Below are positions 9,679 to 18,970 of a stretch of DNA of 64,000 nucleotides, in pieces. This DNA comes from Candidatus Woesearchaeota archaeon (GTDB taxonomy: Archaea > Nanobdellota > Nanobdellia > Pacearchaeales > GW2011-AR1). How positions within the stretch are numbered: the stretch's first letter is position 1; every line of letters begins with the position of its first letter. The DNA is taken from the NCBI GenBank assembly GCA_964344105.1, contig CAYFMD010000002.1, positions 2,905 to 66,904 of the forward strand, written 5' to 3'. The notes beneath the pieces were generated by a model. It saw only the letters and a list, made by a program, of their open reading frames with translations. It was not told the origin of the DNA and did not search any database. A program made the translations under genes and the position numbers.

Positions 9679-11487
9679 ATGGACGGTGAAAAAAAGAAGT
9701 ACCAGGCCTTAATCCTAGTCGGTGGACTTGGAACAAGGATGGCCCCTCACACTGAACAATTTCCAAAACCTATGATAGATGTAGAAGGCAGACCATTTCT
9801 AGAATTCAAAATTGAAAGCCTAAAAAAATATGGAATAAAAGATTTCATTCTACTTGTTGGACATTTAGGAGAAAAAGTAGAAGAATACTTTGGAGATGGA
9901 AGCAGATTGGGAGTAAACATAAAATATTCTTATGAAAAAGACCAATTACTAGGAACTGCGGGAGCTGTAAAAAATGCAGAACACTTAATTGAGGGAGATT
10001 TCATTCTAGTTAATGGAGATGTTTTCTTAGATATAGATATAGATAAGCTAATGTCCTCTCATGAAAAGGAACAAATGCCCTTCACAATATCTTTATCTCC
10101 TGCAACTCATCCAAAGAATCAGGAATTAGTTAAAATAGAAGGCAATAGAGTACTACAAATATGCAAAAGAAACACTCCCGAACATGAAAATCATCTTATA
10201 ACTGAAACAAATCCATTAGTTAACTCTGGATGTTATATAATATCAAAAAGCTTGCTAAATATAATCCCTCCAAACCAAAAGGTTTCTCTTGAACTAGATA
10301 TTTTTTCACAAATAGCTGATAAAATGAATGCCTACTACCATCCTGGATACATGTTAGACATAGCAAATGAAAGCGATTGGGATGAATTTGTAAAAGACTT
10401 CAGGGGAGGGTTAATCTCTCCGGGAATATCAGGCTATAGGAAGGTGATAAGAAGCCGTGCACCAGTTAGAATAACCTTTGGAGGGGGTGGAACTGATCTA
10501 TCTCCTTACGACAAAGAACATGGAGGGGTATGCATAAATGCAACAATAAACAAATACGTATATTCTTCATTAAAATTAAGAGATGATAGAAAGATAACCA
10601 TAAAATCAGACATAATAAACTTACATGGCGGCTTCGAATCTTATTCAGAAAACTTTGATTCAATAGATCAAATAGGGGTTAGCCCAGAGAGTAAACTAAA
10701 CATAATAAGGGCAACAATCTTAGAAATGAATCCTCCATTTGGATTTGATTTATACGTAAGATCTGAAATCCCTCCCCATTCAGGACTTGGAGCAAGTGCA
10801 TCATTATGCGTATCTGTAATTGGAGTTCTAAATCATCTAAGAAAGAAGAACCGTTTAACAAAGCATGATATTGCTGAAACAGCATTCCGAGTTGAGCAAA
10901 ACAGATTAAATAATATTGGTGGAAGACAAGATCAATACGCTGCATCTTTTGGAGGCATAAACATTTTCGAATTCTATGGGGATTCAAACGTCAGAACAAA
11001 TCAAATAGAAATGCAAAAAGATTACCTATTAGAAATAGAAAAAAATATTCTCTTAGTTTACTCTGGAATGAAAGGAAAATCTTCGGGAGAAATACATAAA
11101 GAGGAGAAAGAAAAAAACCTATATCAGGATATAGAAAAGGTTAAAAGATTGCACCATATTAAACAAACAGGATTTGATGTAGCATTCAATCTTCGAAGAG
11201 GGAACTTGAAGAAGTTTGGAAAATTAATTAAGGAGAGCTGGGATCGAAAGAAACTTTTCAATCCAGCAATATCTAGTATGTACATAGACGCAATAATTGA
11301 AGAAGCACTAAACAACGGAGCAATTGGCGCAAGATTAATGGGTGCTGGAGGTGGGGGCCATGTTCTAATTTATTGTAAACCTGATCAAGAACACAAGGTT
11401 AGAGAAGTTCTAAATGCAAGAGGTGCAAGTGCAGTTGATTTCAGTTTTGATTTTGAAGGGCTAAAAGTTTGGGAGGTTGAAGGATGA
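9679..11487 (+). CDS. bifunctional sugar-phosphate nucleotidyltransferase / GHMP sugar kinase (HddC-HddA-like fusion)
   Basis: N-terminus ALILVGGLGTRMAPHTEQFPKPMIDV (nucleotidyltransferase). GHMP motif PPHSGLGASASLCVSVIG and C-terminal GARLMGAGGGGHVLIY. Confidence 0.7.
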   Translation: MDGEKKKYQALILVGGLGTRMAPHTEQFPKPMIDVEGRPFLEFKIESLKKYGIKDFILLVGHLGEKVEEYFGDGSRLGVNIKYSYEKDQLLGTAGAVKNAEHLIEGDFILVNGDVFLDIDIDKLMSSHEKEQMPFTISLSPATHPKNQELVKIEGNRVLQICKRNTPEHENHLITETNPLVNSGCYIISKSLLNIIPPNQKVSLELDIFSQIADKMNAYYHPGYMLDIANESDWDEFVKDFRGGLISPGISGYRKVIRSRAPVRITFGGGGTDLSPYDKEHGGVCINATINKYVYSSLKLRDDRKITIKSDIINLHGGFESYSENFDSIDQIGVSPESKLNIIRATILEMNPPFGFDLYVRSEIPPHSGLGASASLCVSVIGVLNHLRKKNRLTKHDIAETAFRVEQNRLNNIGGRQDQYAASFGGINIFEFYGDSNVRTNQIEMQKDYLLEIEKNILLVYSGMKGKSSGEIHKEEKEKNLYQDIEKVKRLHHIKQTGFDVAFNLRRGNLKKFGKLIKESWDRKKLFNPAISSMYIDAIIEEALNNGAIGARLMGAGGGGHVLIYCKPDQEHKVREVLNARGASAVDFSFDFEGLKVWEVEG

Positions 11488-12443
11488 AAGCATGGATAAC
11501 TGGTGGCGGAGGAATGATGGGACAACACCTAACAGAATTCCTAATAAAAAAGGGATTCATGGTTCTATCTACTTATTACAGTCCCACAACTGACATTAAG
11601 ACTCTTCACAAAGATTGCATAAAGATGGAATGTGATATGAGGAATAAAGAAAAGGTCTTCTCGATAGTAAAAAAATTTCAACCAGATCATATATACCATT
11701 TAGCAGCACAAAGCTTTCCAACAGTTTCTTGGGAAGACCCTTGGTACACAATGGAAACTAACGTTTTAGGGTCAGTAAATTTGTTTGAGGCTGTAAAAAA
11801 AATAAACCCCAAAATAAAGATACTAAATGCTTGTACAAGTGCTGAATATGGATTTGTAGAACCCCATGAAACACCTATTAAAGAAGACCATGCACTAAAT
11901 CCATTACAGCCCTATGGTGTATCAAAATTAGCCCAAGAAAAACTAGCCTATCAATACTTCAAAAACTTTGATCTAAAACCAGTATCAATGCGTATTTTTA
12001 ATACAACAGGTCCAAAGAAGATAAATGATGTATGTGCAGACTTCACAAAAAGACTTGTTGAAATAGAACTTGGAATAAATCCTGATAAGAAACTTACTGT
12101 AGGGAATGTTGAAACCCAAAGGGCCATAACTGATGTGAGAGACACAATAAGGGGCTTCTACTTAGCTTTAGAAAATGGAGAGCCTGGAGAAGTATATAAC
12201 ATAAGTGGAGAAAACCTTTACAGAATATCTGACATAATAGAAATCTTAAGAAAACTAGTAGATTTTGAATTCACTCTAGAACCTGATCCAAAACTATTCA
12301 GGTCTACAGATGAAGCAGTTATCTATGGGGATTCTACAAAATTCAAGAAAGCAACTGGATGGAAACAAGAGATTCTCCTTGAACAAACTCTTAAGGATAT
12401 GCTAAACTACTGGCGTGAAAAACTAGGTAACAACAATCTATAA
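11484..12443 (+). CDS. NAD-dependent epimerase/dehydratase (SDR, NDP-sugar dehydratase-like)
   Basis: Rossmann motif WITGGGGMMGQHL and catalytic YGVSKLAQEK (YxxxK). Confidence 0.75.
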   Translation: MKAWITGGGGMMGQHLTEFLIKKGFMVLSTYYSPTTDIKTLHKDCIKMECDMRNKEKVFSIVKKFQPDHIYHLAAQSFPTVSWEDPWYTMETNVLGSVNLFEAVKKINPKIKILNACTSAEYGFVEPHETPIKEDHALNPLQPYGVSKLAQEKLAYQYFKNFDLKPVSMRIFNTTGPKKINDVCADFTKRLVEIELGINPDKKLTVGNVETQRAITDVRDTIRGFYLALENGEPGEVYNISGENLYRISDIIEILRKLVDFEFTLEPDPKLFRSTDEAVIYGDSTKFKKATGWKQEILLEQTLKDMLNYWREKLGNNNL

Positions 12444-12467
12444 AAACAAATCCTTCTAACACAAAAT

Positions 12468-14114
12468 ATGGAAAATGAGGTTCCAACTGCAGAACAATTA
12501 TTACCTGATTCAATAGAAGAGAGAAAGAAATCTCTAACTAATTTCTTAACTGGATGGGTAAAAGACAGCTATGATAAGTTATTTCTATTAATCATTTTAG
12601 CAGCATTCATAATAAGAATTATAATTTATACTCAAACAAATGATCAAGCTATTTGGTGGGATGCGGCAGACTATCTTGCAACAGCAAAAAGATGGGCTGG
12701 CTTAAATCCAGAGATGATAGACATTTGGTATTATCGTAGAGGATTTTTGTGGGCATTAATTGGAGCATTTTTCTTTAAGATTGGCCTTGGTGAACTATCA
12801 ATAAGGGCTCTAATAGTCTTTTTTTCAACAGGAATAGTTTTCCTAAGCTATTTCCTAATAAAAGAAATGTTCAACAAAAGACTAGCAATCCTTGTCTCCG
12901 TAGCTGCATCAATGTCTTGGATCTACATATTTTTTTCAGGCCGACCATTGACGAATATCCCTGCAACGTTCTTCCTCTTAGCAGCAACTTTGTTTTTCTG
13001 GAAAGGATACGTAAAAAATCAAGGGAAAAAATTCATCTATCTCTTCGGACTATTTTTCGCATTAACCTGTCTAGTAAGAATGCAGTATGCTATGTTTGCA
13101 GCTCCATTTTTAGTAATGGCAATATGTAAGGAAAAACTAGGATTCTTAAAAAACAAATATTTGTGGTCAGCAGTTTTAATTTTCTTCATAATATTCATAC
13201 CTCAATTCATCTTACATACCCAATATTTCGGAAACCCTGTATTTGATATCTTAAACTATTATTTTGGAGTTGAAGGAATCTCAGAAACTGGAGAGGTAGG
13301 AGGTGTAGGAGACAGCTCTAAACTTTTAGTCTATTTTACAAACCTCCCTTACATCTTAGATGCAAATCAAGCAGGATATTCCACCCTTTTAGTTATTAGT
13401 CCAATATTCATTTTATTTGTAATAGGATCCTTTATGTTCTTCTCAGACTTATTCCTAGGATTAGATAAAATATTTACTAACAAAATAGTTCAGAAGAAAC
13501 TATTCATTCTTTCTTGGATTGTAAGTGCATTCATAATCTTGGGAAGAATTGCACCGCATTTAGAACAAAGATACATAATGCAAACACTACCTTTCCTTTA
13601 TTTAATAGCAATCTATCCTGCAACATATATTTATTCTTATTTTAAAAACAATCAGAAAGTAAAACCTATTGGATTAACCATCTTATTAGCAATAATCGTA
13701 GCATTTCTTTTCATCCCTAATTACAATTTTGGATTTGAGCTTATTGAAGGAAAGAAACATTCTTTTATGGAAGTAAAGCAAGCAGGAGAATGGATAAAGG
13801 CCAACTCAAAACCAGAAGATATAGTTATAACTGCTTCATTGCCTCAAAATTCCTATTATTCAGAAAGGCCCACCTATAATTTTTATCTAGCTCCAAGAAG
13901 AGGGATGGAAAGAAAAAACGGAACCCAATTTTATGAATTCATAGATGAACAAAGGCCGAAATATCTAGTGATCTCGGCATATGAACAACCAGCCCATTCA
14001 ATTTACACTTGGGCTTCAAATTACCCTCAAGATTTCCCAGAAAGAGTCACTCCAGTACAAGTTTACAGACAAGGAGACCAACCAGTTCTAATTGTTTATG
14101 CATTTAATTATTAA
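12468..14114 (+). CDS. GT-C fold glycosyltransferase (GT39/ArnT/PMT-like), polytopic membrane
   Basis: More than 10 predicted TM helices. First loop carries acidic IWWDAADYLAT, resembling the PMT/ArnT DE motif. Confidence 0.5.
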   Translation: MENEVPTAEQLLPDSIEERKKSLTNFLTGWVKDSYDKLFLLIILAAFIIRIIIYTQTNDQAIWWDAADYLATAKRWAGLNPEMIDIWYYRRGFLWALIGAFFFKIGLGELSIRALIVFFSTGIVFLSYFLIKEMFNKRLAILVSVAASMSWIYIFFSGRPLTNIPATFFLLAATLFFWKGYVKNQGKKFIYLFGLFFALTCLVRMQYAMFAAPFLVMAICKEKLGFLKNKYLWSAVLIFFIIFIPQFILHTQYFGNPVFDILNYYFGVEGISETGEVGGVGDSSKLLVYFTNLPYILDANQAGYSTLLVISPIFILFVIGSFMFFSDLFLGLDKIFTNKIVQKKLFILSWIVSAFIILGRIAPHLEQRYIMQTLPFLYLIAIYPATYIYSYFKNNQKVKPIGLTILLAIIVAFLFIPNYNFGFELIEGKKHSFMEVKQAGEWIKANSKPEDIVITASLPQNSYYSERPTYNFYLAPRRGMERKNGTQFYEFIDEQRPKYLVISAYEQPAHSIYTWASNYPQDFPERVTPVQVYRQGDQPVLIVYAFNY

Positions 14115-14709
14115 AACTGAAAAGATACAAATGAGTTATAGTAAAATAATTGAATTTCCTAACAACTTCTAAATTAGCATCCTTCATTATTTGAACAATC
14201 TCCTTTAATGTGGTTATATGATCAGGCACTCTCTCAGGCTTCCCAAAAAGTCTTCTCATTTTCCTAGACAAAAAATTCTCAGTAGGAATGGCCAAAACAA
14301 GATAAAAACTATCATTCATTTTCTTAAAATCTTCGATAATCTTTCTAATCTCTTCTTTAGGAATATGTTCTAAAACATCTAATGATAAAATTTTATTTGG
14401 CTTCAATGTCCTGTAATCTTTAACATCTGAATGTTCAGGAGTAATGTCATATCCTACTGCATTATGCCCCCCTCTCTTTAACTTTTCCTTGAGATAACCT
14501 GAACCACACCCAAAATCTAGAACAACATCTCCTCTCTTTAATCCTGCCATATTAACTGCCAGCTGAGTCTTAACTCTAAAGAAGGTCCTAACTAAAAAGT
14601 TCTTACTCATATGAGTTCTATTCATATCATCAGCTATTTTTTCTACAGGCATAATGTTTTCTCTATTATGATCTGTCTTAAAAAATTTATTTGAATTTTT
14701 TCCTACCAT
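14104..14709 (-). CDS. class I SAM-dependent methyltransferase
   Basis: VVLDFGCGSGYL motif I. Confidence 0.6.
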   Translation of the reverse strand: MVGKNSNKFFKTDHNRENIMPVEKIADDMNRTHMSKNFLVRTFFRVKTQLAVNMAGLKRGDVVLDFGCGSGYLKEKLKRGGHNAVGYDITPEHSDVKDYRTLKPNKILSLDVLEHIPKEEIRKIIEDFKKMNDSFYLVLAIPTENFLSRKMRRLFGKPERVPDHITTLKEIVQIMKDANLEVVRKFNYFTITHLYLFSFNN

Positions 14710-15706
14710 TTGAAATAAGTCCTTTATTCATATAATACTCGGCAGTCTTTCTAACTCCTTCATCAAGTCCAACAACCTGCCTATAGCCAAGATACTCTAT
14801 CTTACTAATATCACTATACCAATAAGGTTCTGTCATCCATTCAACAGTGTTGTGTTTAAACGGGGGATGGAAATTAAAAACCTTTGCAACTACTTCAACC
14901 AAATGACCTAAATATCTGAAGGCAATTCCTGGCAAAAAAATTGGTAAGACCTTCTTATTTTCAGCCTTAGAGATAGAATCAATCAACTGATTAATGCTAT
15001 AATGCTCTCCATTTGAAACATGATAGATTTCTCCCTTAACACCTTTCTCAAGTGCAAGTAAACAAGCCTCAACCAAATTCTCTACATAAAGAAATTCAAA
15101 ACACTTATTATCACTTCTAATTGGAAATAATTTCCTATCAATTATCTTAAACAATCTTAACATCTCAAAATCTCTTGGTCCGAAAACCATTGGAGGCCTC
15201 AATAAAACTACATTCAAACCCCTCTTAACATAATTAAATGCAACTTTCTCTTGTGCCAGCTTACTCCAACCATAAACATCAACTGGCTTACAATCAGTTT
15301 CTTCATTTACAGCATTTCCATCTAAAGAAGGTCCAACTGCAGAAACACTACTCATCATAACTATCTTTTTTACGCCTTCACCCATGCAAGCTTGAAATAA
15401 ATTATCCGTACCTTTTTCATTTATCTCAAAATAATCTTCATCAGGAATTGCCATAGGTCTAGCAATTGCTGCAAGATGAAAAACAACATCAATATCCTTA
15501 ACAGCCTCTATCAAAGAATCATTATCTAAAAGGTCTCCTCTAAATATTTCTACATCCAAGCTAGCCAATAAATCAAAAGCATCCTTTCTCTTGACATGAT
15601 CGTTCTCTCTAACAAATGCTCGGACTTCAAATCCTTCTTTAACAAGCCTTTCAACCAAATGGCTCCCAATAAATCCACTAGCTCCTGTAACTAATGCCTT
15701 AGTCAT
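14687..15706 (-). CDS. NAD-dependent epimerase/dehydratase
   Basis: VTGASGFIGSHLVERL and YGWSKLAQEK. Confidence 0.75.
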   Translation of the reverse strand: MTKALVTGASGFIGSHLVERLVKEGFEVRAFVRENDHVKRKDAFDLLASLDVEIFRGDLLDNDSLIEAVKDIDVVFHLAAIARPMAIPDEDYFEINEKGTDNLFQACMGEGVKKIVMMSSVSAVGPSLDGNAVNEETDCKPVDVYGWSKLAQEKVAFNYVKRGLNVVLLRPPMVFGPRDFEMLRLFKIIDRKLFPIRSDNKCFEFLYVENLVEACLLALEKGVKGEIYHVSNGEHYSINQLIDSISKAENKKVLPIFLPGIAFRYLGHLVEVVAKVFNFHPPFKHNTVEWMTEPYWYSDISKIEYLGYRQVVGLDEGVRKTAEYYMNKGLISNGRKKFK

Positions 15707-16755
15707 AAAAGTTCTTTCTCCTTATACCATTTAATTACATTTCTTATTCCCTCTTCTCTAGAATATTTGGGAGAATATCCCAATTGACTCTCTGCCTTTT
15801 TAGTAGAGCAAATATATTGATCATTAGTAACCCAATCTACAGTCTTCCTAGAAAATAATGGACTACCAATTTCATCTCCTCTAAATGGATAAAATGGCAA
15901 TATTACACTAAGAATTTCCATAAATCTTCCTAACTTATATGCAATAGATTTCGGAATCCTAATTACCCTAATCTCATTACCAATTTCTCTTCCAATAGCC
16001 CTCATAGTTTCAATAATTTTATAACTTTTTTCAGAAATAAAATAGACATTTCCAACAGCCTCTTTCTTAATTCCAACTAAATAAATCCCATAAACTAGAT
16101 TTTTAACATAACAAAATTCAAAGTAAGCATCTCTCTTTCCGAACATCGGAAAATAACCTGATTTAATAACTCTAAATGCTCTTGAAAGCAAAGGACTTCT
16201 TTCACCGTATGTCATTGGAGGTCTCACAATAGCAACATCCATCTTACTATTTTTATTAAAATCTAACAATATATCTTCTGATCTTTTCTTACTAACTCCA
16301 TAAGCATCAGTTGGATGCCTGGAACTTTCTTCTGTTAAATTTTTACCATCTAAAGAAGGTCCTGCAGCCTCAATACTAGAAATGTAAACAAATCTTCCAA
16401 CATTTCTTCTTTCACATTCCTTAGCCAAATTAACACTAGCCTCTGTATTAACTTGAAAATAAACTTCATCTGGTAATCCGTAATATGGATATGCAACACC
16501 TGCAACATGAAACATCACATCAACATCTCTTATCTTATCCGAAAAACTTCCTATATCATTTAGATCTCCTTCAAAGATTTCAGCACCCTTGCTCTTTAAC
16601 ATTTCAATAACTTCTGAATAAACAGTGTCATTATATGCTCTATGCATCTCTCCATCTCTAACCAAAATCTTAACCTTCCAACCTTCATTTAACAACAATT
16701 CAGACAAATGGCTCCCAATAAATCCCGCGCCTCCAGTAACAAAAGCTGTTTTCAT
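15703..16755 (-). CDS. NAD-dependent epimerase/dehydratase
   Basis: VTGGAGFIGSHLSELL and YGVSKKRSED. Confidence 0.75.
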   Translation of the reverse strand: MKTAFVTGGAGFIGSHLSELLLNEGWKVKILVRDGEMHRAYNDTVYSEVIEMLKSKGAEIFEGDLNDIGSFSDKIRDVDVMFHVAGVAYPYYGLPDEVYFQVNTEASVNLAKECERRNVGRFVYISSIEAAGPSLDGKNLTEESSRHPTDAYGVSKKRSEDILLDFNKNSKMDVAIVRPPMTYGERSPLLSRAFRVIKSGYFPMFGKRDAYFEFCYVKNLVYGIYLVGIKKEAVGNVYFISEKSYKIIETMRAIGREIGNEIRVIRIPKSIAYKLGRFMEILSVILPFYPFRGDEIGSPLFSRKTVDWVTNDQYICSTKKAESQLGYSPKYSREEGIRNVIKWYKEKELL

Positions 16756-17909
16756 TTTCTTATATAATCTCCTGATTTATAAGACCCAGAAACATTTTTC
16801 GAAGAAAAATTTTCTTGTATTACCTCCAATGCCCCTTCCATATCTATAATCTTTTTATCAACTTTCTTATTAACTAAAAGAAATCCATTCATCTCGCTAT
16901 CATCAGGATAGCCATGCATCCCCTTATACTTTTGACTCTCAGTTTTCTGATAAAAATTGGGGAAGAAATATCCTCCCTTCTCAACAAACAAAACTAAATT
17001 TCCATAATCTTCATTAAAGGGTATCTTATATTTATCAGCTAGTTCCTTAGTAAGCACCTTTATTCTACTATCTTTGCCAATTTTATCTAGAATTTTAGCT
17101 CTTTCTAATTCATCAACCCAAAAATGGGCAGTAGTCCCCGCAATAAAATGCACAAAACTTCTTTCCTCCGGAAGATATTCTTCTAAGTTAATCACTTCAT
17201 CAATATCTGCAAATCCATGATCCGACCATAAAACTACCTGGCCCTCTGGATGTTCTTTCAAAAATTTATCTACAGTTTTTTCTAATAATTTGTCTGTTTC
17301 TTTCAAGGCAAATTTAGTATTATTACTATTCTTACCATGTTTATGCATCGTTTTATCCATCTTCATTATCTGAATACAATAAATATCTGTATCTACCGAC
17401 AATAATCTACCCAATCTTCTCTCATCATCCTCATAATTCAAAACCAACCTTATATCGGATCTTTTCCTATTTCTCACGGCAAACAACGGCCATTTGTAGA
17501 TAACAAATCCCTTCCCCTTAAAGAAAGGCAACTCCCACAATCCTTCCTTCAAACTAGAATCAAAATTTATCAACTGATCTTGAGGGATCTGATGTGTCCC
17601 AATAACCCACCTCCTTCCTTTAAAATATTGAACTAGTCCTGCAACATTATTTCTTAATTTATTGTTAAATGAAAAAAGGCTAATTAAAAAATGATTAAAT
17701 ATAGAATCCTCAGATTTCTTAAACTCCAACCATTTATTATGTTCCCTAGGACTTTCTCCACTAAAAAAACTATACTCCTCAGTAAATGCAAAAAATGTCT
17801 TAAGGGTCATCAGAGAATTTTCCTTACCATACCTATAAAGAAATGGTGTATCTTCCTTGTTAATCAAATCCTTTCCCAACCCATCGATACATATAATTAA
17901 TCTATTCAT
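16752..17909 (-). CDS. alkaline-phosphatase-superfamily metalloenzyme (phosphodiesterase/phosphomutase-like)
   Basis: N-terminal ICIDGLGKD, and metal-ligand-like WSDHGF and GMHGYP. No C/S-x-P-x-R sulfatase motif. Confidence 0.45.
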   Translation of the reverse strand: MNRLIICIDGLGKDLINKEDTPFLYRYGKENSLMTLKTFFAFTEEYSFFSGESPREHNKWLEFKKSEDSIFNHFLISLFSFNNKLRNNVAGLVQYFKGRRWVIGTHQIPQDQLINFDSSLKEGLWELPFFKGKGFVIYKWPLFAVRNRKRSDIRLVLNYEDDERRLGRLLSVDTDIYCIQIMKMDKTMHKHGKNSNNTKFALKETDKLLEKTVDKFLKEHPEGQVVLWSDHGFADIDEVINLEEYLPEERSFVHFIAGTTAHFWVDELERAKILDKIGKDSRIKVLTKELADKYKIPFNEDYGNLVLFVEKGGYFFPNFYQKTESQKYKGMHGYPDDSEMNGFLLVNKKVDKKIIDMEGALEVIQENFSSKNVSGSYKSGDYIRK

Positions 17910-17924
17910 AATTTTAATCTAAAT

Positions 17925-18965
17925 TTATTTTTTTGTAGGATAGAATAAATAACAATCCTTACACAAATCAGGAGCTTTCCCTTCTTTGATCTGTTTTCTG
18001 AAATCCTTATATTTTTTAGACTTCCAGATAGTTTTCATATCTTGCTCAAAAACATTTCCCAAATTTTTGTTTCCAGCAATATCATCATACTCTCCCCCTT
18101 GATTAATGAAACAACAAGGTAAAACTTGTCCATGAACCGTCATATACATTGAATTAAATGCCCTTCTGCACTCATGCATAGGCCTCTTCTTAATAAATCC
18201 AAAATCTGCAACCACTCCAATCTCCTCTGCCCTTTTTTCAGTAATTGTTCTCATTTCATTGAATCTCCTCATATCTGCTTTGAGATGAGCAGTATCTTCA
18301 GAAGTATTCATGTTAGTTATTGTAACAGTTGGAACTCCTGTCTCTTTAGCAAACTCAATTATCTTAGGCATTTCATGAACATTCCAACTAGATGCTAAGA
18401 ATCTGATTATTGTTTTAGGCTTCCTTCTACCAGACAAAACTCTAAGCTCATTAAATCTCCTAATATTTTCCTTAACTTCCTCAAAATTTCCTCCAACTCT
18501 TATTTTTTCATAAGTTTCTTTACTGGCTCCATCAACAGAAAAGAAAACAACATCAACTCCCGTCTTTATTATCTTCTTAGAAATATCATCGTTCAACAAG
18601 GTAGCATTTGTAGTAAATGTGACTGTCGCTCCCTTTGACTTTAAGAAACCAACTATCTTCAAAAAATCCTTATTCATCAAACTCTCCCCAATTCCAGTAA
18701 GATCAAATAACAACAATCTAGGAAAAACTCTTGCTAGGGGATTGCCTTTCATTACAGAATCAAAAATATGCTTAAATTGTTCAAAACTCATAGCCTTTGT
18801 TTTATTAGATAATATGTTGTGTTCACACATTTCACAAGCTAAGTTACATCTAGTTGTATTCTCTACTTGAATAAACCAAGGAAATCCTGAAAAGTTAGCT
18901 AAAGACACATATAAATCCCTCCCAATCTTCCTCAGCCTCGCCTGATTGATCTGTAATTGCCTCAT
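17925..18965 (-). CDS. radical SAM enzyme with Cys-rich C-terminal (SPASM/twitch-like) domain
   Basis: CNLACEMCEH CxxxCxxC cluster. C-terminal cysteines CRRAF...PCCFIN...CKDC. Start placed at internal MRQLQ to avoid a 64-nt overlap; the ORF track runs to 19034. Confidence 0.65.
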   Translation of the reverse strand: MRQLQINQARLRKIGRDLYVSLANFSGFPWFIQVENTTRCNLACEMCEHNILSNKTKAMSFEQFKHIFDSVMKGNPLARVFPRLLLFDLTGIGESLMNKDFLKIVGFLKSKGATVTFTTNATLLNDDISKKIIKTGVDVVFFSVDGASKETYEKIRVGGNFEEVKENIRRFNELRVLSGRRKPKTIIRFLASSWNVHEMPKIIEFAKETGVPTVTITNMNTSEDTAHLKADMRRFNEMRTITEKRAEEIGVVADFGFIKKRPMHECRRAFNSMYMTVHGQVLPCCFINQGGEYDDIAGNKNLGNVFEQDMKTIWKSKKYKDFRKQIKEGKAPDLCKDCYLFYPTKK

Positions 18966-18970
18966 TTTGA

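Noticed and set aside
16752-18965. AlkP-fold protein plus SPASM radical SAM read as a sulfatase/anSME pair
   Set aside because: The AlkP-fold protein has no C/S-x-P-x-R formylglycine motif, so it is not a type I sulfatase. Kept only as an unusual pairing.
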